A stretch of DNA of 64,000 nucleotides from Minisyncoccia bacterium (GTDB lineage: Bacteria; Patescibacteriota; Minisyncoccia; Phycocordibacterales; DATDWN01). This document shows, in pieces, positions 1-9,106 of this stretch. The DNA lies in assembly GCA_049297675.1 (NCBI GenBank), contig JBAQUS010000017.1, forward strand, positions 7,456-71,455, given 5' to 3'. The notes below the pieces were generated by a model. That model worked only from the letters and a program-made list of their open reading frames with translations, was not told the DNA's origin and ran no database searches. The position numbers and the translations under genes are program-made. The stretch's first letter is position 1. The number at the start of each line of letters is the position of its first letter.

Positions 1-716
1 CTAAACAAATGTGGGAAGAGGCAAATCATTGTGTTGCCTTTGAATATGTTTTGGAGACTTTTCCTTTCGATAGAGAAACAGTTTTCAATACTCACTTGGA
101 AATTCCTTCAATGCTCGCCAAGGAAGCTTTTATAAACAAATACATGGCTCGAATGACAGATATTAGGCTCGATATTTCAACAATAGATGGCAAAAAAGAC
201 TTCCTGCGAAACTTGGTTGCCACAAATATAGTCATGGAAGGCATATGGTTTTACTCAGGCTTTATGGTTGCTCTCTCTTTCAGACAAAGAAACCAGCTCA
301 GAAACTTTGGTTCCATGATAAATTGGGTTTTGCGAGATGAGTCGCTTCATCTGAAGTTTGGTATAAATCTAGTCCATCATATTTTGGAAGAAAACCCTGA
401 GCTCTTGACGGAGGAATTTGCGGCAGAGATTAGAAATATAGTCATAGAAGGGGTTGATTTGGAAACCGCATATAACAAAGATCTCTTTCCAAATGGAATT
501 TTGGGACTTAACGCTGATTATGTAAATCAGTATGTTCAGTATGTTGCGGACAGGAGACTTCAAGAGCTTGGGATGCCGAAATACTACAATGCCACAAATC
601 CAGCAAAGTGGATGTCGACAGCGACAGATGTATTCGAGCTCGTTAACTTTTTTGAATCTCAAAACACAAGCTACGAAGTAGATTCTCACGCAAGCACGAA
701 TAAAAAAGCAGAGTAG
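1..716 (+). CDS. nrdB: ribonucleoside-diphosphate reductase beta (R2) subunit, class I; C-terminal ~235 aa, 5-prime end outside window
   Basis: Reading frame is open to position 1. EGIWFYSGF and the diiron-helix motifs are typical of NrdB. Confidence 0.8.
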   Translation, partial: KQMWEEANHCVAFEYVLETFPFDRETVFNTHLEIPSMLAKEAFINKYMARMTDIRLDISTIDGKKDFLRNLVATNIVMEGIWFYSGFMVALSFRQRNQLRNFGSMINWVLRDESLHLKFGINLVHHILEENPELLTEEFAAEIRNIVIEGVDLETAYNKDLFPNGILGLNADYVNQYVQYVADRRLQELGMPKYYNATNPAKWMSTATDVFELVNFFESQNTSYEVDSHASTNKKAE

Positions 717-732
717 ATACAAGTGTGAAGGT

Positions 733-800
733 GTGAAAGTGGAAAGTGTGAAAGTAAATGCAAGTTCTTCTTACTCAACTTTTCACTTTCACACTTTTAA
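733..800 (+). terminator. hairpin plus T-tract after nrdB
   Basis: GAAAGTGTGAAAGT and ACTTTTCACTTTC form inverted arms, followed by a T-rich run. Confidence 0.45.
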
Positions 801-862
801 CTTCTTCGTATTTCTTTGCTATACTTTAATCATTAATCTTTAATCTTTCTTCATATGACTTG

Positions 863-961
863 TCCCGTTAGAGTTTTACAGATATAAATAAATGATAAGG
901 TTATTAAAGGTGACAAATTATAATTTTTTAGCATAAAACTATATGAAAAACTCTAACGGGA
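863..961. promoter_or_regulatory. inverted-repeat pair TCCCGTTAGAGTTTT (863-877) / AAAACTCTAACGGGA (947-961) bracketing the gap start codon (ATG 943)
   Basis: The two 15-bp arms are perfect reverse complements, 69 bp apart. The second arm encodes codons 2-6 of gap. Confidence 0.6.
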
Positions 962-1965
962 TAAAAGTTGCAATAAACGGTTTTGGAAGAATTGGCCGAG
1001 CCTTTCTTAAAGGTTCGTGGGACAGTGACGAGCTTGAGGTGGTCGCTGTAAACGATCTCGGAAGTGTCGATAACATGGCGTATCTTTTAAAGTACGACAC
1101 TGTTTATAAGACTTGGGACAAGGATGTAAAAGTGGAAGGTGGAAACCTTGTTATCGACGGCAAGACAGTAAAATTTGTCTCAGAAAAAGAACCCACAAAG
1201 CTTCCGTGGAAAGATTTGAATATTGATGTGGTCGTAGAGTCAACGGGTTTATTTACCGATTATGAAAAAGCCTCTGTGCATCTCTCAGCAGGAGCAAAAA
1301 AGGTTGTCATTACTGCTCCATCAAAAGGTGAGAGTGGGGGAGAAACTATTTTGATGGGGGTGAATGAAGAAAAGTTTGGTACTTGCGACGTAACTTCAAA
1401 CGCATCATGTACCACAAACGCAGCGTCCCCACTCATTGCAATTTTGGACGAAAACTTTGGTATTGAAAAAGCCATACTTAATACTGTTCATGGGTACACT
1501 GCCTCGCAGTCACTAGTTGATGGTCCATCTAAAAAAGATTTACGTGAAGGCAGAGCTGCCGCACAAAACATTGTGCCTAGTTCAACAGGTGCAGCTATTG
1601 CAGTGACAAAAGCTTTTACCAAGCTCGATGGTCTTTTTGACGGTATTTCCATTCGAGTGCCGGTAGTAGCTGGGTCTATCGTTGATGTCACACTTATTTC
1701 AAAAAAAACTACAACTGCAGAAGAAGTAAATGAAGTTTTGAGAGAAGCTTCTAAAACTGAAAGATGGAAAAATATTTTCTCCGCAACTGACGAGGAACTC
1801 GTCTCCTCCGACATTTTAGGGAGTCACTTTGGTTCCATCGCTGATCTCAAGATGACTCGTGTCGTTGGCGGAAATCTTGTTAAAGTCATGGCATGGTACG
1901 ATAACGAAGCGGGGTATACGCACACACTCATTGACCATGTCATAAAGACTGGTTCTACAATATAA
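943..1965 (+). CDS. gap: glyceraldehyde-3-phosphate dehydrogenase, type I
   Basis: INGFGRIGR Rossmann motif and the SNASCTTN active-site cysteine region. Confidence 0.95.
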   Translation: MKNSNGIKVAINGFGRIGRAFLKGSWDSDELEVVAVNDLGSVDNMAYLLKYDTVYKTWDKDVKVEGGNLVIDGKTVKFVSEKEPTKLPWKDLNIDVVVESTGLFTDYEKASVHLSAGAKKVVITAPSKGESGGETILMGVNEEKFGTCDVTSNASCTTNAASPLIAILDENFGIEKAILNTVHGYTASQSLVDGPSKKDLREGRAAAQNIVPSSTGAAIAVTKAFTKLDGLFDGISIRVPVVAGSIVDVTLISKKTTTAEEVNEVLREASKTERWKNIFSATDEELVSSDILGSHFGSIADLKMTRVVGGNLVKVMAWYDNEAGYTHTLIDHVIKTGSTI

Positions 1966-2135
1966 ACTTCCAAATTTGGCGAACTCCTCGTTCCCAAATT
2001 AAAAATGCTCGGAGCCTTAATCTAACTAAGACTTCTCGCCTTTTTAATTTCTCACGTCGGATTTCATCCAAATTTTGAAGTTTTTTAACTTAGTTACTAG
2101 TATTCTCATGGATAAAATTTTGGTACAATTCATGT

Positions 2136-2582
2136 ATGAAAATATACATAGGGTCGGATCATGCGGGGTTTGAACTGAAGAGACACCTTATCTCATATCT
2201 TTCGACTTTGTCACATGACTCTTATGATTGCGGTCCGTACGAGTACAATCATGATGATGATTATCCAGATTATGTGTCAAAAGTTGCAAGGGAAGTTTCC
2301 GAGGATCATGATGCATTTGGAGTAGTTATAGGAAAAAATGGTCAAGGTGAAGCCATAGTTGCCAACAGGTTTCCTTTTGTCAGGTGCATGGTTTATTATG
2401 GTGGGTCAAAACATATGATAACCTTAGGTAGAGAGCACGATGATGCTAATATGATTTCCTTTGGAGCGGATTTCATTACCACTCAAGAAGCCAAAGAGGC
2501 ACTAGAGCTGTTTATCCACACCAAATTCTCCTACGATGAAAGACATGAGAGAAGGATTCAGAAGATTGAAGATTATTCATAA
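2136..2582 (+). CDS. rpiB: ribose-5-phosphate isomerase B (RpiB/LacAB family)
   Basis: MKIYIGSDHAGFELK N-terminus and a length of ~148 aa. Confidence 0.9.
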   Translation: MKIYIGSDHAGFELKRHLISYLSTLSHDSYDCGPYEYNHDDDYPDYVSKVAREVSEDHDAFGVVIGKNGQGEAIVANRFPFVRCMVYYGGSKHMITLGREHDDANMISFGADFITTQEAKEALELFIHTKFSYDERHERRIQKIEDYS

Positions 2583-2598
2583 CAAACACGACACCAAT

Positions 2599-2670
2599 AC
2601 ACGAATGAAAACGAAATACGCGAATAAAATACAGATGCATCTTATTCGTGTCATTCGCATGAATTCGTAG
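2599..2670. repeat. intergenic CGAAT-array element, copy 1 (three CGAAT pentamers at ~10-bp phase, a central AGATGCATCT palindrome, then three ATTCG pentamers)
   Basis: Read directly. Related copies sit at 13424-13500 and 33371-33460. Confidence 0.65.
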
Positions 2671-2687
2671 ATTAGTGTCGCACTTTT

Positions 2688-3353
2688 ATGCAAGTTGTTC
2701 CAGCCATAATTCCAAAAAATAGAGAGCAGATGGAGGAGGAGATAAAAAAAGTCTCTAGTTTTGCTCACTTAGTTCAGATAGATATATCTGACGGTATTTT
2801 CACTCAATATAAAACTTGGCCATACAACGGACAGGATACGGAATATTTTGAAAAGCTAAAAAAAGAAGAGATAGGTTTGCCTAGGTGGGAAGAAGTGGAG
2901 TATGAGGTTCATCTCATGATAAAAAATCCAGAGGAGGTTGTTTTGGATTGGATACATGCCGGGGTTTCTACTATCATAGCTCACATAGAATCTACAGAAA
3001 ATTTTCAGAAAGTTATTGATATCTGCAGAGAAAACGAAGTTTTAGTTGGCGTGGCAATAAAACCCAGTACAGATATAGAGAAGATTAAAACTCTTGTGGA
3101 AAAAGTGGATTTTATACAAGTTATGGGTTCGGATTTACTCGGAAAACATGGTACAAAACTGGAAGACAGAGCCATTCTGATGATAAAAGAAATTCAAAAG
3201 TTGTATCCAAACAAAACTATAGCAGTTGATATAGGAGTTAATCAGACGACGGAAGATATCCTCAAAAATGCTGGTGCAACTAAACTTGTTTCTGGCGGGG
3301 CAATTCTCGAATCAGCAAATCCACAAGAAGTTTATAGTGACTTATCTGAATAG
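2688..3353 (+). CDS. rpe: ribulose-phosphate 3-epimerase family protein (divergent)
   Basis: HLMIKNPEE and IDISDGIF TIM-barrel motifs resemble Rpe. The DGHF metal-ligand His is replaced by Ile. Confidence 0.6.
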   Translation: MQVVPAIIPKNREQMEEEIKKVSSFAHLVQIDISDGIFTQYKTWPYNGQDTEYFEKLKKEEIGLPRWEEVEYEVHLMIKNPEEVVLDWIHAGVSTIIAHIESTENFQKVIDICRENEVLVGVAIKPSTDIEKIKTLVEKVDFIQVMGSDLLGKHGTKLEDRAILMIKEIQKLYPNKTIAVDIGVNQTTEDILKNAGATKLVSGGAILESANPQEVYSDLSE

Positions 3354-3596
3354 CTTCAAGCAATTTTATTTATAGAGCACGCATAAATCTCTGGTGAGAT
3401 TTTGCTCTCGCTCGGCAATCAAGAAAACAATCTTTCTCACTCCAGAGCCTTCTCGCGAACTCGCCAGGATTACCTGTGCTCAAACAACGCTTCAGGCTTC
3501 TTCTCGTTCGTCGTTATTTTCTAATTGCCTCCGCAGTCTCTATAAATAACATTGCTTGAAGTTTTTCCAGGGTATATAATTTATGTTAAGAAATAT

Positions 3597-4496
3597 ATGA
3601 GTGGCAACTTAAACGACGAAAAAATAAAATTTCTTGAAGATAAGGCCAAAGAAATTAGAATTTCTATAATAGAAATGCTTGTCTCGGCTGGCTCAGGGCA
3701 CTCTGCGGGACCTCTTGGTATGGCCGATATTTTTACAGCACTCTATTTTTACATACTTCGCCATGATCCAAAAAAGCCGGACTGGGAAAAAAGAGACAGA
3801 CTCATCCTCTCAAACGGTCACATAAATCCAGTTTTGTATGCCACTATGGCTCATGCAGGGTATTTTCCACTTAAAGAACTTTTGACACTTCGAAAGTTTG
3901 GTACACGTCTTCAGGGTCATCCTCATAGAGAGTACTTACCAATGCTCGAGACTTCTTCTGGACCACTTGGATGTGGACTTTCGCAGGCGGTTGGTATGGC
4001 TCTAGCAGATAGGATGAGCGTAGGAAAATCATCAGACAAGTTTTTCTATGCTCTCTTAAGTGATGGTGAGTTGGACGAAGGCAATAGTTGGGAGGCTATA
4101 ATGCTTGCGAACAAATACAAACTTGGGAATCTTATCGCCATAGTTGATCGAAACAATATTCAGATTGATGGTTTTACGGATGATGTTATGCCACTTGGGA
4201 ATGTTGCAAAAAAATTTGAAAGTTTTGGTTGGCATACTGAAGAAGTAGATGGACATAATTTTGCAAATATTATTGCGGCAGTTGGCAGAGCCCAAGCTGT
4301 CTATAATGCTCCGTCAGTTTTGGTGGCTAGAACCATCCCGGGAAAGGGCGTTTCTTTCATGGAAAAGGATTTTAAATGGCACGGCTCTCCTCCGGGGACA
4401 GAAATGAAAGGTGAGCCACCAAAGGATGAACAGGCGAAGATAGCTTTGCATGATTTACGTACATTAAAAGGCCAAATAACCGGCGAACACGAATAA
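3597..4496 (+). CDS. tktA: transketolase, N-terminal (thiamine-diphosphate-binding) subunit
   Basis: GHSAGPLGMADIFTALYF and SNGH motifs. The ATG at 3597 is preferred over the upstream TTG. Confidence 0.9.
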   Translation: MSGNLNDEKIKFLEDKAKEIRISIIEMLVSAGSGHSAGPLGMADIFTALYFYILRHDPKKPDWEKRDRLILSNGHINPVLYATMAHAGYFPLKELLTLRKFGTRLQGHPHREYLPMLETSSGPLGCGLSQAVGMALADRMSVGKSSDKFFYALLSDGELDEGNSWEAIMLANKYKLGNLIAIVDRNNIQIDGFTDDVMPLGNVAKKFESFGWHTEEVDGHNFANIIAAVGRAQAVYNAPSVLVARTIPGKGVSFMEKDFKWHGSPPGTEMKGEPPKDEQAKIALHDLRTLKGQITGEHE

Positions 4497-4497
4497 T

Positions 4498-4719
4498 ATG
4501 GAAACAATTAATGTTTTTTTTAGGATAGCACTATTGATAATAACGCCAGTTATTTTTTTTCATATAATAAAATATTTTTCATCAAAATTTGACGATTATT
4601 TAAAAAAAACAAAATCAGGTAGAATAATTAGATTAATAATAATTCCGATTGTGTTAACTATTTATTTATATTTCTTATTCATGATTATTATTACTATTTA
4701 TTCATTAAGAAATCTATGA
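4498..4719 (+). CDS. possible small hydrophobic protein (73 aa) in a ~20%-GC spacer between the transketolase halves
   Basis: ORF with two predicted TM stretches. The extreme AT bias means it may be non-coding. Confidence 0.25.
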   Translation: METINVFFRIALLIITPVIFFHIIKYFSSKFDDYLKKTKSGRIIRLIIIPIVLTIYLYFLFMIIITIYSLRNL

Positions 4720-5714
4720 TTAATACTTCTCAAAAACTAAATCCTAATCTTTTTGATAAGAGGGTAGAACAAGTGCCAATTCGTCAAGGTTTTGGACAAG
4801 GACTTTTGGAAGTGGGGGAGAAAAATCCAAATGTTGTTGGGCTTTGCGCGGATTTGACAGAGTCAACCAAAATGAATTTGTTTGCACAGAAATTTCCAGA
4901 GAGATTTGTCCAAGTCGGTGTTGCGGAGCAAAACCTGGCAGCCGTAGCCTCGGGAATGTCTGCCATGGGCAAGATTCCATATATATCGAGCTACGCCATG
5001 TTTTCTCCTGGAAGAAACTGGGAGCAGATTCGCACAACTATTTGCTACAACGATAGGGCAGTTATTATCGCAGGTAGCCACGCTGGCATAAGTGTCGGTC
5101 CTGACGGTGGAACACATCAAGCTATAGAGGATATTGCCATAACCCGAGTAATTCCAAACATGATAGTTATTTCTCCCTGCGATGCTATTGAGGCTAAAAA
5201 GGCCACAATAGCCGCGGCCGATTTAAAAAAACCAGTTTATATTCGTTTAGCTCGCGAAAAAACTCCCGTTATTACTACGAACGATACTCCTTTTGAAATA
5301 GGTAAAGCTCAGCTTTTGTTTGGCGAGGAAAGTAAAAAAGCTGATGTTGGGATTATTGCTACGGGAGCACTAGTATATAAGGCATTCAAAGTAGCTGATG
5401 AATTAGAAAAAGAAGGAACTAGTGTAAAAGTTTTAAATATCTCCACAATAAAACCACTTGATAGTGAAGCGGTGATAAATTTAGCCAAAACATGTGGTGC
5501 TATCGTAACTGTTGAAGAGCATCAAATAATCGGTGGTCTCGGAGGAGCGGTTTCAGAATGTTTAGCACAAAATTTTCATGTTCCGCAAGAATTTGTTGGA
5601 GTCAAAGATAAGTTTGGTCAGTCAGGAACACAAGATGAACTTCTAGAGCATTATGGAATGGGTGAGAAGGATATAAAAGAGGCGTGCAAGAAAGTGATGA
5701 GTAGGAAAATTTAG
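4716..5714 (+). CDS. tktB: transketolase, C-terminal (pyrimidine-binding) subunit
   Basis: Transketolase central and C-terminal domain motifs (GEDGPTHQ-like GPDGGTHQ). Confidence 0.9.
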   Translation: MINTSQKLNPNLFDKRVEQVPIRQGFGQGLLEVGEKNPNVVGLCADLTESTKMNLFAQKFPERFVQVGVAEQNLAAVASGMSAMGKIPYISSYAMFSPGRNWEQIRTTICYNDRAVIIAGSHAGISVGPDGGTHQAIEDIAITRVIPNMIVISPCDAIEAKKATIAAADLKKPVYIRLAREKTPVITTNDTPFEIGKAQLLFGEESKKADVGIIATGALVYKAFKVADELEKEGTSVKVLNISTIKPLDSEAVINLAKTCGAIVTVEEHQIIGGLGGAVSECLAQNFHVPQEFVGVKDKFGQSGTQDELLEHYGMGEKDIKEACKKVMSRKI

Positions 5715-5724
5715 AAAACTATTT

Positions 5725-6717
5725 TTAAATTTTTCTCACCCTATAATCCTCTGGGGCTTTATCTAAAAATTCTTGGATTTTTTCCTGAGCTAGAAGCCCT
5801 TCTTGGGCACCGATTTTCTGAACGACTGACATGGAATTTATTCCAGCCCAACGCATAGCTTCTCCAAAGGGTACCCCTTTGGCGAGGGCTGAGACTATTG
5901 TGGAGGCGTATGCATCCCCGGCACCAGTTCTCTCAAAGGGTTTGTGTGGGTAAATAGGCATAAACCAAAAATCTTCCGTATTACTTGCCTCATATGCATA
6001 AGCACCATTTATGCCATCTGTTATGACTACTGTTTCAGGTCCCAATTCAGACATTTTTTTAAGTAAAACTTTCAAATCCCTTGAACTTTCCCCTAGTATC
6101 TTTTGAGCTTCCTCTACGTTACAGAAAAAAATATCAGTATTTTTATATATTTTACTCAGCGCTTCTGTTCCAAACTTCATCTGGAATGTTCCCGGTTGAA
6201 AGGCCAGTTTAGTTTCGGGATTATTTTCAATGAATTCAGCTATTTGATCATGAAAATTTAAAGAATTTTCTCCAAGAGAAGAAAGATAAATCCACCTTGG
6301 GTGATTAATATCACCGAGGTCATAGTTAAATGTATCATGCTTTACTAATATTGTTCTGTCGACGTCGTACCACAAAACATAGTGATAGTTTGTGTGTTTT
6401 CCAGGGTCAACTCTTATGAAACTGACATCAACATTATTTTTTCTAAGTTCTTCAATATCTTCCTTTCCATTTTGATCGTCACCAATATATGCAAGAAGAG
6501 CAGAGTTTAATCCGAGTCGACTTGCTGAGACAGAAGCGTTGCTACTATTTCCAACTGCTTTTACAATCGTCACTGACTCGAATGGAATTTTATCGCCGAA
6601 ATTTACACAAAGTTTGCAGTTTTCGTTATCCTCATCGCATCTCACCTCAGCTTCTTTGAGTCGAATAAATGCATCAGTCGTAATATCTCCAATAGCCAAA
6701 AAATCTAGCTTTGTCAT
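5725..6717 (-). CDS. PfkB-family carbohydrate kinase (ribokinase-like)
   Basis: N-terminal GDITTD and a C-terminal GAGDAY anion-hole motif. Confidence 0.85.
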   Translation of the reverse strand: MTKLDFLAIGDITTDAFIRLKEAEVRCDEDNENCKLCVNFGDKIPFESVTIVKAVGNSSNASVSASRLGLNSALLAYIGDDQNGKEDIEELRKNNVDVSFIRVDPGKHTNYHYVLWYDVDRTILVKHDTFNYDLGDINHPRWIYLSSLGENSLNFHDQIAEFIENNPETKLAFQPGTFQMKFGTEALSKIYKNTDIFFCNVEEAQKILGESSRDLKVLLKKMSELGPETVVITDGINGAYAYEASNTEDFWFMPIYPHKPFERTGAGDAYASTIVSALAKGVPFGEAMRWAGINSMSVVQKIGAQEGLLAQEKIQEFLDKAPEDYRVRKI

Positions 6718-6754
6718 AAGGAAATTATATCACTTCTCTTTAATGCATGTAAGT

Positions 6755-6775
6755 TGTGGAAGACGGTCTTCCACA
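6755..6775. repeat. REP family 1 palindrome TGTGGAAGAC-G-GTCTTCCACA
   Basis: 10-bp perfect arms around a central G. Confidence 0.85.
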
Positions 6776-6788
6776 GTAGTATGTATTT

Positions 6789-7445
6789 ATGGAAAGAAAA
6801 ATACCATTGTTTGAGGGGGAATGCTTTCATATATATAACAGAGGTGTGGATAAAAGAAAAATTTTCTTAGATTCACACGACTATAACAGATTTATAATTT
6901 TACTTTACCTTTGTAACTCAAACTTACCTGTTGATCTTCAAAAAATTTTTCGAGAAGGACGAACATTTAATGAGATATTTAGTATTGATAGAGGCGATCG
7001 ACTTATTGACATAGGCGCTTGGGTGTTGATGCCAAATCACTTTCATCTATTGGCCAGGCAGAATTGTAGTGATGGATTGTCTGTTTTTATGAGAAAACTA
7101 TGTACCGGATACTCAAATTACTTTAATCAAAAAAATAATAGATTAGGAGCGCTTTTTCAGGGCAGATTTAAATCTGAACATGCATCTGATGATAGATATT
7201 TAAAGTATTTATTTTCCTATATTCACTTAAATCCAGTTAAACTTATTCCAGGGGAGGAAAATTGGAAGGAGGTTGGTATAAAAAATCCAGATAATGCATC
7301 TAAATTCATAAATAATTATGAATACTCCAGTCTACATGACTACAGAAATGAGACCTTGTTCAGTAGTCTAGTAAATAAGGAACTATTTAGTAGTATCTCT
7401 GACGATTTAAGGGATATGGTTGAAAGCGTGAATAATTGGCTATAA
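6789..7445 (+). CDS. REP-associated tyrosine transposase (RAYT; IS200-like Y1 HUH transposase), copy 1
   Basis: FHIYNRG, AWVLMPNHFHLL (HuH) and YIHLNPVK (catalytic Tyr) motifs, matching the E. coli RAYT pattern. Confidence 0.8.
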   Translation: MERKIPLFEGECFHIYNRGVDKRKIFLDSHDYNRFIILLYLCNSNLPVDLQKIFREGRTFNEIFSIDRGDRLIDIGAWVLMPNHFHLLARQNCSDGLSVFMRKLCTGYSNYFNQKNNRLGALFQGRFKSEHASDDRYLKYLFSYIHLNPVKLIPGEENWKEVGIKNPDNASKFINNYEYSSLHDYRNETLFSSLVNKELFSSISDDLRDMVESVNNWL

Positions 7446-7453
7446 ATAAGCTT

Positions 7454-7476
7454 TTGTGGAAGACGGTCTTCCACAA
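7454..7476. repeat. REP family 1 palindrome TTGTGGAAGAC-G-GTCTTCCACAA
   Basis: 11-bp perfect arms, in the same orientation as 6755-6775. Confidence 0.85.
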
Positions 7477-7511
7477 TTGGCGCAGGGATTATTTATTGGT
7501 ACAATTAAGTT

Positions 7512-8390
7512 ATGAAATTATTAAGAGAAAGTGTTTTTGAAGCAAAAGAGAGAAAAGTCGCTATTGGACATTTCAATATTTCAAACATTGAAGGTTTCTG
7601 GGGGGTTTTCAGAGGTGCGCAGTCACTTGGTGTACCAATAATAATAGGAGTATCTGAAAGTGAGAGGGATTTTATTGGAGTTAATCAAGTCTCTGCTTTG
7701 GTAAAAGCTACCAGAGAGCAGTATGATTATCCGATTTTTCTAAATGCTGATCACACCTATTCATTTGAAAGGGTCAAAGAAGCCATTGATACCGGATTTG
7801 ATTCTGTTATTTTCGATGGGGCGAAACTTTCTTTTGAGGAAAATGTAAAAATTGCAAAGCAGTGCGTTCAGTACGCCAAGGAGTATACAAAGAAAACTGG
7901 CAGGGAAGTTTTGGTTGAAGGGGAGTTGGGTTTTATTGGTCAGTCTTCGAAGATATTGGACGAAGTTCCAGAAGGAGTAATCCTCGACGAAAAATCTTTA
8001 ACTGACCCAGAAAAGGCAAAAGAGTTTGTAGTAGAAACTGGTGTAGACATGCTTGCCCCAGCAGTGGGGAATTTCCACGGTATGCTTCGGGGCGGGATCG
8101 ATCCTAAGCTAAATATAGATAGAATTAGAGCCATTTACGAGAGTACAAATGTTCCATTGGTTCTCCATGGTGGGTCAGGTAACTCAGAAGATGATTTTAG
8201 AGATGGAATAGCAAATGGTATTTCTATAATTCACATAAACACAGAAATACGTATAGCTTACATAGATGCCTTGAGGAAATTTCTAGAAGAAAATCCAGAC
8301 GAGGTAGCCCCATATAAATTTTTGAAGTCTTCAGTTGAGGCAATACAAAAAGTTGTTACTGAGAAACTACAATTATTCAATAACCTTTAA
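7512..8390 (+). CDS. fba: fructose-bisphosphate aldolase, class II
   Basis: AIGHFNISN and LVLHGGSG motifs of class II ketose-bisphosphate aldolases. Confidence 0.9.
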   Translation: MKLLRESVFEAKERKVAIGHFNISNIEGFWGVFRGAQSLGVPIIIGVSESERDFIGVNQVSALVKATREQYDYPIFLNADHTYSFERVKEAIDTGFDSVIFDGAKLSFEENVKIAKQCVQYAKEYTKKTGREVLVEGELGFIGQSSKILDEVPEGVILDEKSLTDPEKAKEFVVETGVDMLAPAVGNFHGMLRGGIDPKLNIDRIRAIYESTNVPLVLHGGSGNSEDDFRDGIANGISIIHINTEIRIAYIDALRKFLEENPDEVAPYKFLKSSVEAIQKVVTEKLQLFNNL

Positions 8391-8428
8391 CTATTGATTT
8401 TTATGGATGATTTGATATACTTCTTCGC

Positions 8429-9070
8429 ATGTTGATTTTGGAAGCACAAAAGAGAGATTTAAAGCTCGACAATAATGCACTGAGAAAGGAGGGTAAAATG
8501 CCTGCTGTTTTTTATGGTAAAAAAACTACCTCAACGCCCATTGTTTTTTTGGAGAAAGATTTTTTAAAGATTTGGCATAAAGCGGGGGAATCAGGTGTTG
8601 TTTCAATAAAAACTCCAGAGGGAGTGGTGGAGACCCTTATTCACGACGTTAATATTGACCCAGTCTCTGACAAGCCAAGACACGCTGATTTTTATGTCTT
8701 CGAAAAGGGAAAGAAACTGGAAGTAGATGTGCCACTTGAATTTATTGGTATCTCTCCGGCCGTAAAGGATCTTGGTGGAATATTGGTTAAAGCTCTGCAT
8801 GAAATAAAAATTAGTTCTGATCCAACAAGTATTCCGCATGATATAAAAGTAGATATTTCAAGTCTAACTGGACTGGATAGTGTTATTTTGGCAGGAGACT
8901 TGAAACTTCCTTCAGGTGTAACTTTGGTTGAGAGAGGAGAGGAGGTTGTTGCGGCGATTACTCAATATAAAGAAGAAATTCCAGAAGTTGCTCCAGTTGA
9001 CCTATCTACTATTGAAGTGGAGAAGAAGGGCAAGAAAGAAGAAGAAGCTCCAGTAGAGGAGGCAAAGTAG
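8429..9070 (+). CDS. rplY: 50S ribosomal protein L25 (Ctc form)
   Basis: N-terminal LEAQKRD...GKMPAVFYG L25 signature with an acidic C-terminal extension. Confidence 0.85.
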   Translation: MLILEAQKRDLKLDNNALRKEGKMPAVFYGKKTTSTPIVFLEKDFLKIWHKAGESGVVSIKTPEGVVETLIHDVNIDPVSDKPRHADFYVFEKGKKLEVDVPLEFIGISPAVKDLGGILVKALHEIKISSDPTSIPHDIKVDISSLTGLDSVILAGDLKLPSGVTLVERGEEVVAAITQYKEEIPEVAPVDLSTIEVEKKGKKEEEAPVEEAK

Positions 9071-9106
9071 CTATAATTGTAACCAATAGAAGTTTAACAC
9101 GTCTAC

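Larger units (their letters stand above)
6755..7476 (+). mobile_element. RAYT-REP unit 1: Y1 transposase gene flanked by two same-orientation REP palindromes
   Basis: A REP lies 14 nt upstream of the start and another 9 nt downstream of the stop. Confidence 0.8.

Noticed and set aside
369-722. Antisense and alternative-frame ORFs overlapping recognised genes, for example 369-722 (-), 1260-1814 (-), 4744-5120, 16071-16439 (-), 28396-29115, 36880-37516 (-), 62074-62603
   Set aside because: They lie wholly inside confidently identified genes on the other strand or frame. They have no start context and are low-complexity. I treated them as frame shadows.
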